The notes below the pieces were generated by a model that saw only the letters and a list, made by a program, of their open reading frames with translations, was not told the DNA's origin and did no database searches. From Chloropicon primus (lineage: Eukaryota), in NCBI GenBank assembly GCA_023205875.1, contig CP060754.1, forward strand, positions 930,001 to 994,000: a stretch of 64,000 bases of DNA, read 5' to 3'. How positions within the stretch are numbered: the first letter of the stretch is position 1; each line of letters opens with the position of its first letter. Of the stretch, positions 62,263 to 64,000 are shown piece after piece. Made by a program: the position numbers and the translations under genes.

Positions 62263-64000
62263 CTAATTGTCCCCGATCTTTCCGCTGGTGAACGGCTTCA
62301 TGGGGTCGAAGGACCAGGCCAAGCCCAGTTGCGGGTCCTCTGAGATCACCTTGAGGAGGCAGGACCCGTAAGGCTGCATGAGGCCGCAGCCCTCTTTCTT
62401 GGCACAGAAGGAATATACGTCGCAACCCAAGTTGTGTGGCGGTATCTTGTGCTCCCTTGCTTGGGTGCAGGCCTCGCAGCACCTGGCGACGGACGCAAAA
62501 TCAATTTCAGCGACGATCAGGCCCTTGTAGTGCCCCCGCAGCGCGTGGCACCTCTTCTCCGGGCACGTGAGGACCCCGAGATCCTCTTGGCACAGCCAAT
62601 CCTCCTCTTGGGCGGGGGCTTGTGGATCCCAGGCGAAATCCTGTCTGTCCATGTCCAAGTAGTACATGCTCTTCATCCACGTCTCGTTCGCGTAGTCCTC
62701 GAAGAATGACGCCCAGTCTATCGGGGCCTCCTCGGGCCCCGAGCGCACTCCCAGGACCATGTGATTCTGGTCTCTCGCGCCCCTACTTAGGTACCCGGAT
62801 GCCCACTTCTGGGTCTGCCTGAACTCGTACGTTACGCTGCGCTTGAGCAGGCAAGTCCCGTACCCGAATCTGCTGCACCCGTTCCGGTCCTTGCAGAGGC
62901 TCCAAGTGTCGCACTTTTTGCCGCCTCGACTCGCTTCGCTGCACAAGCTGCAGCACTCGGAGGGTCCAGCCGCAGTCTCCACCGCTACGATCGACCCGAC
63001 GTAGCTCCCGGTGGCCGAGCCCGCGCACTGATCATCGAGGCTCTGTGAGCTCAGAGCTTGCTGCGGGGCAGCCCCCTCCCTCGTGCTCATCCAGTGGTTC
63101 CACCAGCTGTCGACTGGAACAGGCACGTCCTGGCGCCCGCGTCCTTGGGATTCGAGCCCGCCGGCGCAAGTGCCGCAGGAGCTCCTGCAGAAGCCGTTGG
63201 CCCTCATCCAGGGCAATTCGCAGTTCCCCGCGGCTGCCTCCTCTGCGCACGAGGATCCGTTCGGGGTTGGGATGTCCAGGCACTCCTCGTCGCTGAACAC
63301 GATGGTGTCGTTGACCAGCTTTCCCGTGACCACTGGCTCCAATTCCTTCCTGTGGCCGTCCCAAGAGAAGACGAACGCCTCGGCCGCCACGCTCTGGAAC
63401 GCGCCGGTCCGCGGCTCGCTGGGCGCCCCCCTGGTCTCGCCCCGAGAAGGCCTCCTGCTGGATTCCATCGCATCGTTCCAGCGAAAGCCGGTCCTCCACC
63501 GCTGCACCGTGTCGAGCCACTCGGAGTGCGGCTGGTAAGGGTAGTAGTAGAGCATCTGGTTCCTGCCCTCGCTGAGAGTGAAGTAACCCTTCTCGGTGCT
63601 GTCCCAGCAGATAGCCTCCCCCTGCCGCTCGGAGCGGTACGGCAATATCCTCGGATCGCTGTCGAAAAACGAGTCTTCCAAGTTGCTCCTCCGCCAGTAG
63701 TACACGGCAGAGTAGCTCTTGATGAGAAGGCCGAGGCCCGAGGGGCTTATGTCACCCCCCACGAGCTCGCCCTTCGAGGGCGAGTTGTGGTGCTGGTCCT
63801 TGCACTCCTGGTCGTAGTCGACACAAGTGACATGGTACTCCTCCAAGTCGATGACCGCCCCCCTCGCGAGCGGGGCCCTCGCCCAGAACACCTGGAGAGG
63901 GTGCTGCCGCGTCTTCCTCACGATGAACAGGTCCCCGGTGTGCGGGTCCACCAGCAGGGTCTCGGCGTTGGCGTTCCCGGCGTGGCCGGGGAACCTGAAC
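62263..64000 (-). CDS. Partial (5' end beyond window) Cys-rich extracellular protein: propeller-like region, ShK-like motif, two PAN/apple-like domains
   Basis: Open frame continues to the window edge; C...C...W...C..SCG.C motif and two (CCxxC...C..W/Y..C...C...G.C.LK...SG) repeats. Confidence 0.6.
   Translation of the reverse strand, partial: FRFPGHAGNANAETLLVDPHTGDLFIVRKTRQHPLQVFWARAPLARGAVIDLEEYHVTCVDYDQECKDQHHNSPSKGELVGGDISPSGLGLLIKSYSAVYYWRRSNLEDSFFDSDPRILPYRSERQGEAICWDSTEKGYFTLSEGRNQMLYYYPYQPHSEWLDTVQRWRTGFRWNDAMESSRRPSRGETRGAPSEPRTGAFQSVAAEAFVFSWDGHRKELEPVVTGKLVNDTIVFSDEECLDIPTPNGSSCAEEAAAGNCELPWMRANGFCRSSCGTCAGGLESQGRGRQDVPVPVDSWWNHWMSTREGAAPQQALSSQSLDDQCAGSATGSYVGSIVAVETAAGPSECCSLCSEASRGGKKCDTWSLCKDRNGCSRFGYGTCLLKRSVTYEFRQTQKWASGYLSRGARDQNHMVLGVRSGPEEAPIDWASFFEDYANETWMKSMYYLDMDRQDFAWDPQAPAQEEDWLCQEDLGVLTCPEKRCHALRGHYKGLIVAEIDFASVARCCEACTQAREHKIPPHNLGCDVYSFCAKKEGCGLMQPYGSCLLKVISEDPQLGLAWSFDPMKPFTSGKIGDN

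Noticed and set aside
1..64000. tRNA or rRNA genes
   Set aside because: None recognised by eye; tRNAscan-SE or Infernal would be needed to exclude them.

Overview
This is gene-dense eukaryotic DNA from a compact green-algal nuclear genome: GC-rich coding regions, few short spliceosomal introns with CTAAC/CTGAC branch points, and plastid-targeted HCF136, LPA3 and lipocalin genes. A Chloropicon/prasinophyte-type picoalga is an inference only. About 30 ordinary genes are recognisable, including three centriole/cilium genes (rotatin, MKS1, WDR90). Two regions stand out. (1) An accessory island at ~44-54.7 kb holds a degenerate RWP-RK transcription factor, a probably catalytically dead PRMT, a 47-bp hairpin minisatellite, and five paralogous intronless genes. 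These five have near-identical promoters and N-termini (membrane anchor), a semi-conserved pro-region, a Kex2/furin-type (EK)R site, and a hypervariable 43-64 aa Cys-paired C-terminal peptide. They look like an undescribed polymorphic secreted-peptide precursor family (toxin, antimicrobial or pheromone). (2) At ~9.8-10.45 kb, a truncated Fanzor/TnpB C-terminus is fused to a truncated SMC1 gene and followed by a structured, omegaRNA-like non-coding segment. All calls are from reading the sequence; no searches were run.
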